Positions 28,451 through 37,997 of a stretch of 64,000 nucleotides of DNA are shown here, in pieces. A model generated the notes under the pieces. The model worked only from the letters and a program-made list of their open reading frames with translations, did not search any database and had not been told where the DNA came from. The stretch comes from an uncultured Solirubrobacteraceae bacterium (lineage in GTDB: Bacteria; Actinomycetota; Thermoleophilia; Solirubrobacterales; Solirubrobacteraceae), in assembly GCA_963811895.1 (NCBI GenBank), contig CAWETE010000001.1:76160-140159 (forward strand), written 5' to 3'. The stretch's first letter is position 1, and every line of letters begins with the position of its first letter. The position numbers were made by a program, and so were the translations under genes.

Positions 28451-29918
28451 AACGCATGGCTTCAAGCGGCGTGACCGGCTCCGCCGCCGCGCCGTGCTTG
28501 CGCCGCGCCACCCCGCTCGCCACCGCCGCATGGGCCACGGCATCGGCCACCGACTCGGCCACGCGGCGGTTGAAGACGCTCGGGATGACGTAGTCGGCGT
28601 GCAGCTCGTCCGGCGGGATGACCTTGGCGATCGCCTGGGCCGCGGCGAGCTTCATCTCCTCGTTGATCGTCCTCGCGCGCACGTCCAGCGCGCCGCGGAA
28701 GACGCCCGGGAAGGCGAGCACGTTGTTGATCTGGTTCGGGTAGTCCGAGCGGCCGGTGGCCATCACCGCCACCGCCTCGCCGACGTCCTCGGGCTGGACC
28801 TCGGGCACCGGGTTGGCCATCGCGAAGACGATCGCGCCGCCGGCCATGGTGCGCACGGCCTCCACGCTGAACGCTCCCGGGCCGGCCAGCCCCAGGGCCA
28901 CGTCGGCGCCGGCCAGCACGTCGTTCGCCGCCCCGCGGACGCCGTGCTTGTTCGTGCGCTCGGCCAACGACACCAGCTCGCCGTCCAGTCCGGGCTTCCC
29001 CGCGTACAGCGCGCCTTCGCGGTTGCAGACGATCACGTCGCCGAACCCCTGGGCGAGCATGATCTCGGTGCACGCCACGCCGGCGGCGCCCGCGCCCACC
29101 ACCACCGCGGTCACGTCGTCCGGCCGCTTGCCGACGAGCTTCAGCGCGTTGAGCAGCCCGGCCAGCACCACGATCGCCGTCCCGTGCTGGTCGTCGTGGA
29201 AGACCGGGATGTCGAGCTCCTCGCGCAGCCGCCGCTCGATCTCGAAGCAGCGCGGAGCCGAGATGTCCTCGAGGTTGATGCCGCCGAAGGTCGGAGCCAC
29301 GGCCTTGACGAAGGCCACGATCTCGTCGACGTCCTTGGTGTCGAGGCACAGCGGGAAGGCGTCGACGCCCGCGAACTCCTTGAACAGCATCGCCTTGCCC
29401 TCCATCACGGGCATCGCCGCCTCGGGCCCGATGTCGCCGAGCCCGAGCACCGCGGTGCCGTCGGAGACGACGGCGACGGTGTTGCCCTTGATGGTCAGCG
29501 CCCACGCCTTCGCGCGGTCGTCGTGGACCGCCATGCACACGCGGCCGACGCCCGGCGTGTAGGCCATCGAGAGGTCGTCGCGCGTCTTGAGCGGCAGCTT
29601 GCCGACCACCTCGATCTTGCCGCCCTTGTGCATGAGGAAGGTGCGATCGGAGACGCTGTCCACCTGCACGCCCTCGAGATCGCGTACCGCCCGCACGACG
29701 GCCTCGGCGTGGTCGCCGTCGGCGCACGCGACCGTCACGTCCCGCACGACCTGGCTGGACTCGACGCGCACGAGGTCGATCGCGCCCAGCATCGCGTCCG
29801 TGTCGGCGATCGTGTGGGCCACGCCCGCGAACGTGGCGCCGTGCTGCGGCATGCGGAGCCGCATGGTGAAGCTGTAGGACGCCGAAGGCTGGAGGCGACG
29901 CGGAGTCTCGTCGGACAT
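28449..29918 (-). CDS. NAD(P)-dependent malic enzyme (malate dehydrogenase, decarboxylating) with N-terminal ACT-like domain
   Basis: 489 aa. Malic_M NAD-binding domain ([16 protein letters not shown]) and malic N-domain (YTPGVGRVC). Confidence 0.8.
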   Translation of the reverse strand: MSDETPRRLQPSASYSFTMRLRMPQHGATFAGVAHTIADTDAMLGAIDLVRVESSQVVRDVTVACADGDHAEAVVRAVRDLEGVQVDSVSDRTFLMHKGGKIEVVGKLPLKTRDDLSMAYTPGVGRVCMAVHDDRAKAWALTIKGNTVAVVSDGTAVLGLGDIGPEAAMPVMEGKAMLFKEFAGVDAFPLCLDTKDVDEIVAFVKAVAPTFGGINLEDISAPRCFEIERRLREELDIPVFHDDQHGTAIVVLAGLLNALKLVGKRPDDVTAVVVGAGAAGVACTEIMLAQGFGDVIVCNREGALYAGKPGLDGELVSLAERTNKHGVRGAANDVLAGADVALGLAGPGAFSVEAVRTMAGGAIVFAMANPVPEVQPEDVGEAVAVMATGRSDYPNQINNVLAFPGVFRGALDVRARTINEEMKLAAAQAIAKVIPPDELHADYVIPSVFNRRVAESVADAVAHAAVASGVARRKHGAAAEPVTPLEAMR

Positions 29919-29931
29919 GCGCCCGATTGTC

Positions 29932-31278
29932 TCAGGCAGGCGCGAAACGGACGTGCCGGCGGGCCGGTTCCGCCTCCACCAGCCGCACGATCAGCTCCTT
30001 GCCCGGCTCCAGCTCCCCCTCGCAGCGGGCGCGGACCGCCGGCTCGGCGAGCTGGATCTCGTGGTCGTCGATCACCGTCGCCGGGAACCGCTCGCCGACG
30101 TGCGGCGCGAGCACGAGCGCCTCGACGAGGTCGACGCACGCGCGCTCGAGGGCGCCGGCGGCGCGCCCACCGGCCGCCATCTCGGCCGGCACCGCGTCGA
30201 GCCCGGGGAGCTCCTCGCCGAGGCAGGCGGCGGTCGCGTAGCGGTCGGCCAGCCGCCGCAGCGGCGCGGTGACGTGCGCGTACGGCGCGCCCACTCCCGC
30301 GTGTCCGGCGCCGTCAGGCGGCGTCCCGTCGAAAGCGGCGTAGCCCGCTCCGCGCAGCAGCGTGGCCGCCTCCTCGAGCAGCGCGGCGTGGCGCGGCTGC
30401 AGCGGGTCGAGCGAGCGGATGAGCTCGCCCACCGGCTCGCGCCATTCGACGCCGAGCGCCTCGGCCACCCGCCGCAGCCGGGCGACCTGGTTCGCATCGG
30501 CCGGCGGCAGCGTGCGCAGCAGCCCGACGCCCCTCTCGATCATCAGCCCGGCCGCCGCCATGCCGGTCATCAGCGAGATCTGTGCGTTCGCCTCCTCGAT
30601 CGGCAACGGGCCGCGGTAGGCCAGCGCGTAGGCGCCGTCGCGCATCACGATCTCCTGGTCGGGGATCGGCAGGTTGATCGCGCCGCGCGCCCGCTCGCGC
30701 TGCTGCAGGAGCGCGCCGATCTCGGCGAGCAGGCGGATGCGCTCGTCGGCCGGAGGCGCCGAGGCGTAGGCGAACCGCTCACGGCTGCGGACGAGGGCGC
30801 GCTCGACGCCGAGCAACTGCCACGCGCCGTCCGGCTCGAGCGCGAACGACCAGACGACGGCCGGTCGATCCACGCCGGGCAGCAGGCTGGCCGCGCCCTC
30901 TGACAGCACGCGCGGATGCAGCGGCTCGTTGCCGTCGGGCAGGTAGCGCGTGACGACCCGCCGGTGGGCTTCCGCGTCGAGTGCCCCGCCGGGTTTCACG
31001 AAGGCGGCCACGTCGGCGATCGCATAGTCGACCCGGTAGCCGTCGCCGGAGCGCGACAGGCCCATCGCCTGGTCGAGGTCCATCGAGCCCGGCGGGTCGA
31101 TCGTGAACAGCTCGAGCTCGCGGCGGTCCTCCCGCGCCGGCAGCGGCGCCCGGGCCGCGTCCTCGGCCTCGCGCAGCGCCTCGGGCGGGAAGTCGCCCGG
31201 CACGTCGAGCTCCTCGCGGATGGCGGCGAGCCCGGCAGCGAGATCGGCGGGCACTTCAGGTGCGGTGAGGCGGCGCAT
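29932..31278 (-). CDS. RNB-domain exoribonuclease (RNase II/R family)
   Basis: ATG at 31278 ([13 protein letters not shown]...). RNB catalytic-domain motifs ([15 protein letters not shown], [22 protein letters not shown] equivalents). ~448 aa. Confidence 0.75.
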   Translation of the reverse strand: MRRLTAPEVPADLAAGLAAIREELDVPGDFPPEALREAEDAARAPLPAREDRRELELFTIDPPGSMDLDQAMGLSRSGDGYRVDYAIADVAAFVKPGGALDAEAHRRVVTRYLPDGNEPLHPRVLSEGAASLLPGVDRPAVVWSFALEPDGAWQLLGVERALVRSRERFAYASAPPADERIRLLAEIGALLQQRERARGAINLPIPDQEIVMRDGAYALAYRGPLPIEEANAQISLMTGMAAAGLMIERGVGLLRTLPPADANQVARLRRVAEALGVEWREPVGELIRSLDPLQPRHAALLEEAATLLRGAGYAAFDGTPPDGAGHAGVGAPYAHVTAPLRRLADRYATAACLGEELPGLDAVPAEMAAGGRAAGALERACVDLVEALVLAPHVGERFPATVIDDHEIQLAEPAVRARCEGELEPGKELIVRLVEAEPARRHVRFAPA

Positions 31279-32704
31279 GGCCCTAGCATCGCCGCCGATG
31301 CTCGTCGCCGAACATGAGCTCGAGGTCCCGCTCGACCACGCCGACCCCGCCGGCGCCAAGATCACCGTCTTCGCGCGCGAGGTCGCCGACCCCGACGGCG
31401 CGGACCGGCCGTTCCTCGTCTACTTCGAGGGCGGGCCCGGCTACGAGGCGCCGCGGCCCACCCGCACGCCCGCCGAGCCCGGCTGGCTCGGCCGCGCGCT
31501 GAAGGAGTTCCGCGTCCTGCTGCTCGACCAGCGCGGCACCGGCCGCTCGGCGCCGGTCGCGGTGGCCGACGCCGACCGGCTGCGCCACTTCCGCGCCGAC
31601 TCGATCGTCCGCGACGCGGAGGCCTTCCGCGAGGCGCTCGGGGTCGAGCGCTGGAGCGTCCTCGGCCAGAGCTTCGGCGGCTTCTGCGTGACGACCTACC
31701 TCAGCCTGGCGCCCGAAGGGCTGCGCGAGGCGTTCATCACCGGCGGCCTGCCGCCCGTCGGGCGTCACGTCGACGACGTCTACACGGCCACATACGCGCG
31801 CGTGCGTGAGCGCACCCGCCGGTACTTCGCGCGCTACCCGCAGGATCGGCTCCCGCAGCGGGACGACCTCGTGCTTCCGAGCGGCGACCGCCTCAGCGCC
31901 CGGCGGCTCGCCCAGCTCGGCCTCGGGCTCGGCATGAGCGCCGGCGCCGAGCGTCTCCACCACCTGCTCGAGCTGCCGCCCGACTCCCCCGCCTTCCTGC
32001 ACGACGTCGAGGCCGCCACGCCGCTCGCCCGCAACCCGATCTTCGCCGTCCTCCACGAGGCCTGCTACGCCGACCGGGCACGCCTGCCCGCCTCCCCCTC
32101 GAATTCCCTTGTTCATACCCCCCTGATCACGCGCGACAACGTGCCCGCCAAGGTCAACGCGGTCTGCTACTTCCGCGTGATCGACGCCTCGCGGTCCGTC
32201 GTCGACGTCGAGAAGTACCTGCGCGCCACGTCGCAGATCGCTCAGACGACGCTCCGCTCGGTGCTCGGCAAGGCCGACCTCGACATGCTGCTGGGCGAGC
32301 GCGAGCAGCTCAACGAGGCGCTCCAGCACATCATCGACGAGCACACCGACCCGTGGGGGATCAAGGTCACGACCGTCGAGATCAAGGACGTCGAGATCCC
32401 GGTGGCGATGCAGCACGCGATGGCGCTCGGCGCGCAGGCGGAGCGCGAGCGGCGCGCGAAGATCATCCACGCGGAGGGCGAGTACCAGGCCTCGCAGCGG
32501 CTGCGCGACGCCGCCGACGTGATCTCCGGCAACCCCGCCGCGCTCCAGCTGCGCTACATGCAGACGCTGACGGAGATCGGGGCGACGCAGAACTCGACGG
32601 TCGTCTTCCCGCTGCCGCTCGACATGGTCAAGCCGTTCATCGAAGCGGCGGCCGACAAGTCGGTGGCGCAGAAGGAGAACGGACGTGAGATCGTCGTCCG
32701 ATGA
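31277..32704 (+). CDS. Chimeric ORF: N-terminal ~270 aa of an S33 prolyl aminopeptidase (proline iminopeptidase) fused in frame to the C-terminal ~200 aa of an SPFH/band-7 (stomatin/QmcA-like) protein
   Basis: PIP part: [10 protein letters not shown]...[12 protein letters not shown]...[11 protein letters not shown]...[10 protein letters not shown] (Ser nucleophile), but no C-terminal Asp/His region. From ~32104 the sequence ...[39 protein letters not shown]...[17 protein letters not shown]...[20 protein letters not shown] is the distal half of an SPFH domain with no N-terminal TM or first half. Junction at ccctcGAATTCccttgttcat. Start is ATG 31277 or 31298. Confidence 0.6.
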   Translation: MALASPPMLVAEHELEVPLDHADPAGAKITVFAREVADPDGADRPFLVYFEGGPGYEAPRPTRTPAEPGWLGRALKEFRVLLLDQRGTGRSAPVAVADADRLRHFRADSIVRDAEAFREALGVERWSVLGQSFGGFCVTTYLSLAPEGLREAFITGGLPPVGRHVDDVYTATYARVRERTRRYFARYPQDRLPQRDDLVLPSGDRLSARRLAQLGLGLGMSAGAERLHHLLELPPDSPAFLHDVEAATPLARNPIFAVLHEACYADRARLPASPSNSLVHTPLITRDNVPAKVNAVCYFRVIDASRSVVDVEKYLRATSQIAQTTLRSVLGKADLDMLLGEREQLNEALQHIIDEHTDPWGIKVTTVEIKDVEIPVAMQHAMALGAQAERERRAKIIHAEGEYQASQRLRDAADVISGNPAALQLRYMQTLTEIGATQNSTVVFPLPLDMVKPFIEAAADKSVAQKENGREIVVR

Positions 32705-34514
32705 TCCTTCGTAGCGTCGTTCTCACCGTCGTCGCCGGGCTGCTCATCACTGCGCCGGCCGCCGCTTCGCAGAAGGTCCGCAGCTACCGCGTCAGCGAGG
32801 TGCGCGACCTCCTTGACCGCACCAAGGTGACCGTGGCGGGCGCCGCGATCGTGGAGGTCGACCACGCCGAGGTGGTGGCGACCGCCAACCGGCGCGCCGT
32901 GCGCCGCCTGCGCCGCGCGGGCTTCACGGTCGAGCGGATGTCCTCGGTGCGCAAGAAGCTGCGCCGGGCCGGCGGCCGCGCCGCCGCGTTCCCGCCGGCC
33001 GACTCCAGCTACCACGACTACGCCGAGATGGCGGCCGAGGTGAACGCCGTGGCGGCCGCGAACCCGAGCATCGTCTCCCGCGCTTCAGCCTCGGCAAGTC
33101 GTTCCAGGGCCGGGAGATCTTCGCCGTCAAGGTCTCCGACAACGTCGCCACCGACGAGAACGAGCCCGAGGTGCTGTTCACCGCCAACCAGCACGCGCGC
33201 GAGCACCTGACCGTCGAGATGGCGCTGTACATCCTGCAGCCAGCTCACCGCCGAGTACGGACCGACGCGCGGATCACCAACTTCGTCAACAGCCGCGAGA
33301 TCTGGATCGTCTCGATGGTCAACCCGGACGGCGTCGAGTACGACATCGCCACCGGCGGCTACCGGATGTGGCGCAAGAACCGCCAGCCCAACGCCGGGTC
33401 GACGCGGTCGGCACCGACCTCAACCGCAACTGGTCGTTCCAGTGGGGCTGCTGCGGCGGCTCGTCCGGCACGCTTCAGCTCGGAGACGTACCGCGGCCCG
33501 TCGGCCTTCTCGGCGCCCGAGACGCAGCGTGGTGCGCAACTTCGTCAACTCGCGCGTGGTCGGCGGCGTCCAGCAGATCAAGGCGCACATCGACTTGCAC
33601 ACCTACTCCGAGCTGATCCTGTGGCCGTACGGCTACACGACCGCCAACACGACCTCGACGCTCAACGCCAACGACCGCAACGCGCACGCCACGCTCGGCC
33701 AGAACATGGCCGCCACGAACGGCTACACGCCCGAGCAGGCGTCCGACCTCTACATCGCCGACGGCACGATCAACGACTGGATGTGGGGGACGTACAAGAT
33801 CTTCAGCTACACGTTCGAGATGTTCCCGACCGGCTCGAACCCCGGCTTCTATCCGCCCGACGAGCAGATCGGCCCGCAGACCTCGCGCAACCGCGCCGCG
33901 GTCCTGCTGTTCCTCGACGCCTCCGACTGCGTCTACAAGGTGATCGGACTGGGAATGCGGCGGTCCGGCGGCCGAGAGCGTCTACTTCGACAACTTCGAG
34001 GCGGCCAACGGCTGGACGGCGCCCGCGGCCGGTGACACCGCGACCGCCGGCCAGTGGGTGCGCGGCAACCCCGCCGGGACGAACAGCGGTGGCGTCAAGC
34101 AGCTCGACGCCACGGTGAGCGGGAGCAACGACCTCGTGACCGGCGCGTCCGCCGGCGCCGGCGGCGGGTGACTTCGACGTCGACGGCGGCGTGACCACCA
34201 TCACGTCGGGGCCGATCGCGCTCAACCAGTTCGGCAGCTACACGCTGACGTTCTCGCAGTACCTCGCGCACGGCTCGAACTCGAGCAGCGCCGACTACCT
34301 GCGGGTGGGCGTGCAGGTGGGCACCACGACGACGTGGGTCTGGACCCGCACCGGCGCGGCCGCCAACCTGAACGGCGCCTGGAGCACCGCCTCGGCGTCG
34401 CTCAACCAGTTCGCCGGCCAGCCGACCGTCCGGCTCGTCGTGCAGGCCGCCGACGCGTCGACCGCCAGCCTCGTCGAGGCCGGGGTCGACGACGTCAGGA
34501 TCACGGGGAGCTAG
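32701..34514 (+). pseudogene. M14-family zinc carboxypeptidase (carboxypeptidase T-like, secreted) disrupted by at least eight 1-nt indels
   Basis: ATG 32701 (overlaps the previous stop, ATGA). Signal peptide [23 protein letters not shown]. Homologous segments are scattered over all three + frames: ...[20 protein letters not shown]..., ...[24 protein letters not shown]..., ...[27 protein letters not shown]..., ...[20 protein letters not shown]..., ...[19 protein letters not shown]..., ...[22 protein letters not shown]..., and the C-terminal domain ...FDVDGGVTTITSGPIALNQFGS...VDDVRITGS*. Example: gtctcccgcGcttcagcc where removing one g restores VSRFSLGKS. Confidence 0.7.
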
Positions 34515-35342
34515 CTAGCGGTTCGTAACCACCATCGCCGCCATCGCCTGCATCCCGCGCAGGTTGGGATGCAGCGGGGCGGCGGCGTTGCCCGGGATGT
34601 AGGGCTCCACCCAGCGGGTGCCCGACCCGGCGCACGCGTCGCGGCCCGCGCTGGCGCCGTAGACGTCGACGATCGTCGCGGCATTGGCGGCCGCCTGGGT
34701 CGCGAGCATGGCGTTGAGCTGCACCTGCTTCTCCCTCAGCCACCTCACGTCAGCGGGCGTGACGGGCATCCGCGGCCAGCAGCCGTTGCCGCTGTGGGGG
34801 AAGATCGCCGAGTAGTTGAGGACCAGCACCTTCGCGAGCGGCGAGCGGGCGTGGATGCCCTGGAGCACGGCGGCCACCTTCGGCGCGGTGGCGGCGATCC
34901 GCGCGCTGATCTGGTCGCCCCCGCGCGTGTAGCGGTCGCGGCACGGCGAGCCGAACGGCAGCGCGGAGACGCAGTCCAGGGCGAGGTCGGAGAAGCCGAT
35001 GTCGTTGCCGCCGATGCTCAGCGTCACCAGTCGCGTGTCGGCCGACAGCGAGTTGAACTGCGGCGGATTCGGGCCGGGCGAGACGTTCTGCGGCGCCGTC
35101 ATGTGGTCGGTCCGCGCGCCGCTGCAGGTCGCGTCGCCGTACTCGGCGAAGGCCAGCGTGCGCTGGGCGATGCGGCCGTAGTTGTTGCTCGACTTCAGGC
35201 AGCCGAGCGGCGCGAGCGGGTTCGGGATCAGCGGTCCCGCCGCGTACGAGTCACCGAGCGCCGTGTACCGAGGCGCCGCCTCCGCCGTTCCCGCGAAGAC
35301 CGCGGCCACCGCCATCACTGCCAGCACGACACGCACGCGCAT
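34515..35342 (-). CDS. Secreted SGNH/GDSL-family hydrolase (lipase/esterase)
   Basis: ATG at 35342 with ggggaggga RBS. Signal peptide MRVRVVLAVMAVAAVFAGTAEA. GDSY block (YTALGDSYAAG). ~275 aa. Confidence 0.8.
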   Translation of the reverse strand: MRVRVVLAVMAVAAVFAGTAEAAPRYTALGDSYAAGPLIPNPLAPLGCLKSSNNYGRIAQRTLAFAEYGDATCSGARTDHMTAPQNVSPGPNPPQFNSLSADTRLVTLSIGGNDIGFSDLALDCVSALPFGSPCRDRYTRGGDQISARIAATAPKVAAVLQGIHARSPLAKVLVLNYSAIFPHSGNGCWPRMPVTPADVRWLREKQVQLNAMLATQAAANAATIVDVYGASAGRDACAGSGTRWVEPYIPGNAAAPLHPNLRGMQAMAAMVVTNR

Positions 35343-35414
35343 GCTCCCTCCCCCTACGAAGTGACGTTTGGCGCGAGCGTATAGCGCGCAGGGCGCGACG
35401 GGAAGGACCGTGAC

Positions 35415-35720
35415 ATGGCCAAGACGATCGACAAGAAGCTGTTCAAGCACCTGAGGTCCGCCGGCGTCCGTAAGCGCGTGGCACGCGACCTGTCCAGCGC
35501 GCTCTCCAAGGCCGACGGCACGCGCGCGTCGAAGGCGGCCACCGGGGCGATCGGCGATCTGCGCAAGCTCGTCGACGAGCTCGAGGACCGCGCCCGCGGG
35601 GGCCCGCAGAAGCGCCGGGCGGCGGCGAAGAAAGCCGCGGCCACGCGCAAGCGCAGGGCGACGGCCCGCAGCACGGCCGCCAAGAGGGCCGCGCGAACGC
35701 GCTCCCGCACGAAGCGCTGA
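35415..35720 (+). CDS. Small (101-aa) Lys/Arg/Ala-rich basic protein, histone-H1-tail-like; possible nucleoid-associated protein
   Basis: RBS gggaaggac 6 nt before ATG. C-terminal half is KRRAAAKKAAATRKRRATARSTAAKRAARTRSRTKR. Confidence 0.55.
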   Translation: MAKTIDKKLFKHLRSAGVRKRVARDLSSALSKADGTRASKAATGAIGDLRKLVDELEDRARGGPQKRRAAAKKAAATRKRRATARSTAAKRAARTRSRTKR

Positions 35721-35739
35721 CAACTAAGATCGGTCGGCC

Positions 35740-36486
35740 TTGGCCGACACCGTCATCTTCATCCCGGCGTGGAACGAGGCGGCGTCGCTCCCGGCACTGC
35801 TCGAGGAGGCGCGGCGCGACCTGCCCGACGCCGACCTGCTGGTGATCGACGACGGATCGACCGACGACACCGCGGCGGTCTCGCGCGCCGGAGGCGCCCA
35901 GGTCGTCAGCTTCCCCGAGAACCACGGCCTGCGGCACGGCATCGCCGAGGGCTACCGGCAGGCGGCCACGCGCGGCTACGCGTACTGCGGCCGGCTCGAT
36001 GCCGACGGCCAGCACCCGCCGGCCGAGCTGCGGCGGATGCTCGCGATGGTCCGCAACGACGAGTGCGACGTGGCCGTCGGGTCGCGCTTCCTGCCGGGGT
36101 CCGGCGACTACGCGCCGACGCCCGAGCGCGTCTTCGGCACGTCGCTGCTGCGGCTGCTGATGCGGCTGCGGCTGGGCCAGCCGATCTCCGACGGCACGAG
36201 CGGCATGTACGCGGTCAACGAGCGCGCGCTCGGCCTGCTCAGCGATCCCTACGTGTGCGAGGCGCCGGAGGTCGAGGCGCTGATGCGGATCACCGACGCC
36301 AAGCTGCGCCTGGTCGAGGTGCCCGTGCACATGCGCCAGCGCGAGCACGGCGAGTCGTCGTTCCGCGGCCGCCGCGCGGTCGAGCTGGTGGTGACGATCG
36401 GGCTCACCCTGTTCGCGGGTGAGCTCATGCGCCGCCGTCACCAGCGGCGCCAGCAGAAGTCGGGCCTCCGGCGCCTGCGGCCCTGA
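35740..36486 (+). CDS. Family-2 glycosyltransferase (Dpm1/polyprenol-phosphate mannosyl/glucosyltransferase-like)
   Basis: TTG start at 35740. VIFIPAWNEAASLPALLEE...LLVIDDGSTDDTAAV...GRLDADGQHPP, the GT2 DxD context. 248 aa. Confidence 0.7.
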   Translation: MADTVIFIPAWNEAASLPALLEEARRDLPDADLLVIDDGSTDDTAAVSRAGGAQVVSFPENHGLRHGIAEGYRQAATRGYAYCGRLDADGQHPPAELRRMLAMVRNDECDVAVGSRFLPGSGDYAPTPERVFGTSLLRLLMRLRLGQPISDGTSGMYAVNERALGLLSDPYVCEAPEVEALMRITDAKLRLVEVPVHMRQREHGESSFRGRRAVELVVTIGLTLFAGELMRRRHQRRQQKSGLRRLRP

Positions 36487-36907
36487 TCGCCCACGAGCCG
36501 ATCGCCAGCGCCGCGATGCCCGCCGCCGCCCGCGCGCGGCCGATCTGGCGCGGCGGCCGCAGCGGCCACAGCAGCGGCGTCGGCGCCGCGTCGTCGCTCG
36601 CGTCGCGCAGCAGGTGCGACGTGAGGCCCGCGAACCCCGCCCAGCCGTGCACCGGCCCGCCGGCCGCCGTCCCCAGTGCGGCGGCCGCGAGCGTCGCGAG
36701 CAGCGTGTGGCTGCGCGGCCGCGTGCGCAGGCCGAGCATCGCGCTCGGCCGCGCCGAGCGCGCGGCGACCGCGTGGTCGACGTCGATCAGCGTGCCTGCC
36801 ACGACCGCGGTCACCATCGGCCGGCGCCCGAGCGGCGCCACGACCGCGGCGGCCAGCAGCGCGTGGGCGAACGGGTCGGCGCCCGCGACGAGGTGGCGCC
36901 GGTTCAC
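36425..36907 (-). CDS. Membrane-bound metal-dependent hydrolase, YdjM/DUF457 family
   Basis: GTG at 36907 overlaps the ROK gene stop (GTGA). Motifs GTLIDVDH, RSHTLLATLA and GLTSHLLRDASDDAAPTPLLWPL mirror E. coli YdjM PDIDH / FTHSLL / SHILADMLTPAGVPLLWP. Confidence 0.6.
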   Translation of the reverse strand: MNRRHLVAGADPFAHALLAAAVVAPLGRRPMVTAVVAGTLIDVDHAVAARSARPSAMLGLRTRPRSHTLLATLAAAALGTAAGGPVHGWAGFAGLTSHLLRDASDDAAPTPLLWPLRPPRQIGRARAAAGIAALAIGSWAIRAAGAGGPTSAGAAGDGGA

Positions 36908-37876
36908 GCGGGCGCGGGCGCGCCGCTGACCAGGAGCGAGGCGCCGATCGCCCCGCCGAGGTCGCCGAGCGCCGCCAGCTCGACGGCCGGCGGGTGGTCG
37001 TCGGCGAACAGGTGCGGCATCATCGCCTCGCGGATCCGCTCCACATAGGGCTCGCCGAGCCGCAGGCCGAGGCCGCCGCCGATGATGATCGCCTCGACGT
37101 CGAGCACGTTCTGGCACGAGGCCACGCCGGCGCCGAGCGCGCGCACGGCGCGTTCGAGCAGGCTGCGGGCCAGCGGGTCGCCCTTGTCGAGCGCGCGCGC
37201 CCACACGCCGCTGGACAGCCGCGTGCGCCCGCGCTCCTCCATGATCTTGAAGAGGAGGGTCTTCTCGCCGCGGTTGGCGCGCCGGCGCGCGCGGGCCTCC
37301 ATCGAGGCGCGCCCGGCGTAGGCCTCCATGCAGCCGCGGCGGCCGCAGCCGCACAGGGCGCCGCCGATGCGGACCACCACGTGGCCGATCTCGCCGGCCA
37401 CGTCGCGGCCGATCCACGGCTTGCCGTCGAGCACGATCCCGCCGCCCACGCCGGTGCCCCAGAACACGCCGAGCAGCGAGCTGTAGGGGCGGCCGGAGCC
37501 GAGTGCGAACTCCGCGTCGGTCGCCACCTGGACGTCATTGCCGAGCCGCACCGCAGCGCCGCAGGACTTCTCGAGCGACTTGCGCATGTTGAACGAGCCG
37601 CCCCAGCCGGGCAGGTTCATGGCCGCCGACACCGTGCCGGCCGTCGTCGTCCACGTTGCCCGGCGAGCCGATGCCGATGCCCTCGAGCGACGAGGTCTCG
37701 AGGCCCGCCTCGGCGGCGGCCTCCTGCAGCGCGCCGGCGATCTCGGCCGCTACGCCGGCCGGACTGCCGGTCGTCGGCGTGGGCCGACGTGACTGGCCGG
37801 CGACTTCGCCGCGCTCGTCGACGACGACCGTCTGGATCTTGGTGCCTCCGAGATCGACTCCCCCGGTGTATCCCAT
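36904..37876 (-). CDS. ROK-family sugar kinase (glucokinase-like); one frame change near 37635
   Basis: ATG 37876 (MGYTGGVDLGGTKIQTVVVDERGEV...GIGIGSPGNVDDDG). Then the frame of ORF 36904..37632 continues ...TVSAAMNLPGWGG...GHVVVRIGGALCGCGRRGCMEAYAG (ROK Zn motif). Confidence 0.65.
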
Positions 37877-37997
37877 GCCGTAGGTGTACCCGACAGGAAC
37901 GTGTCCTGCGTGACAGGTTCCATTCGAAGGGGAATCTCGGTGACGGTCATGGCGAGCATCCTGTTCCCAAGGACGCCCGCCATGACCGCCGTATTCC

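Noticed and set aside
32096-32122. EcoRI sites (GAATTC) at the PIP/SPFH junction and again at ~55427, considered as evidence of a cloning or vector artefact.
   Set aside because: One or two GAATTC sites in 64 kb at this base composition is close to chance expectation. No vector-like sequence flanks them.
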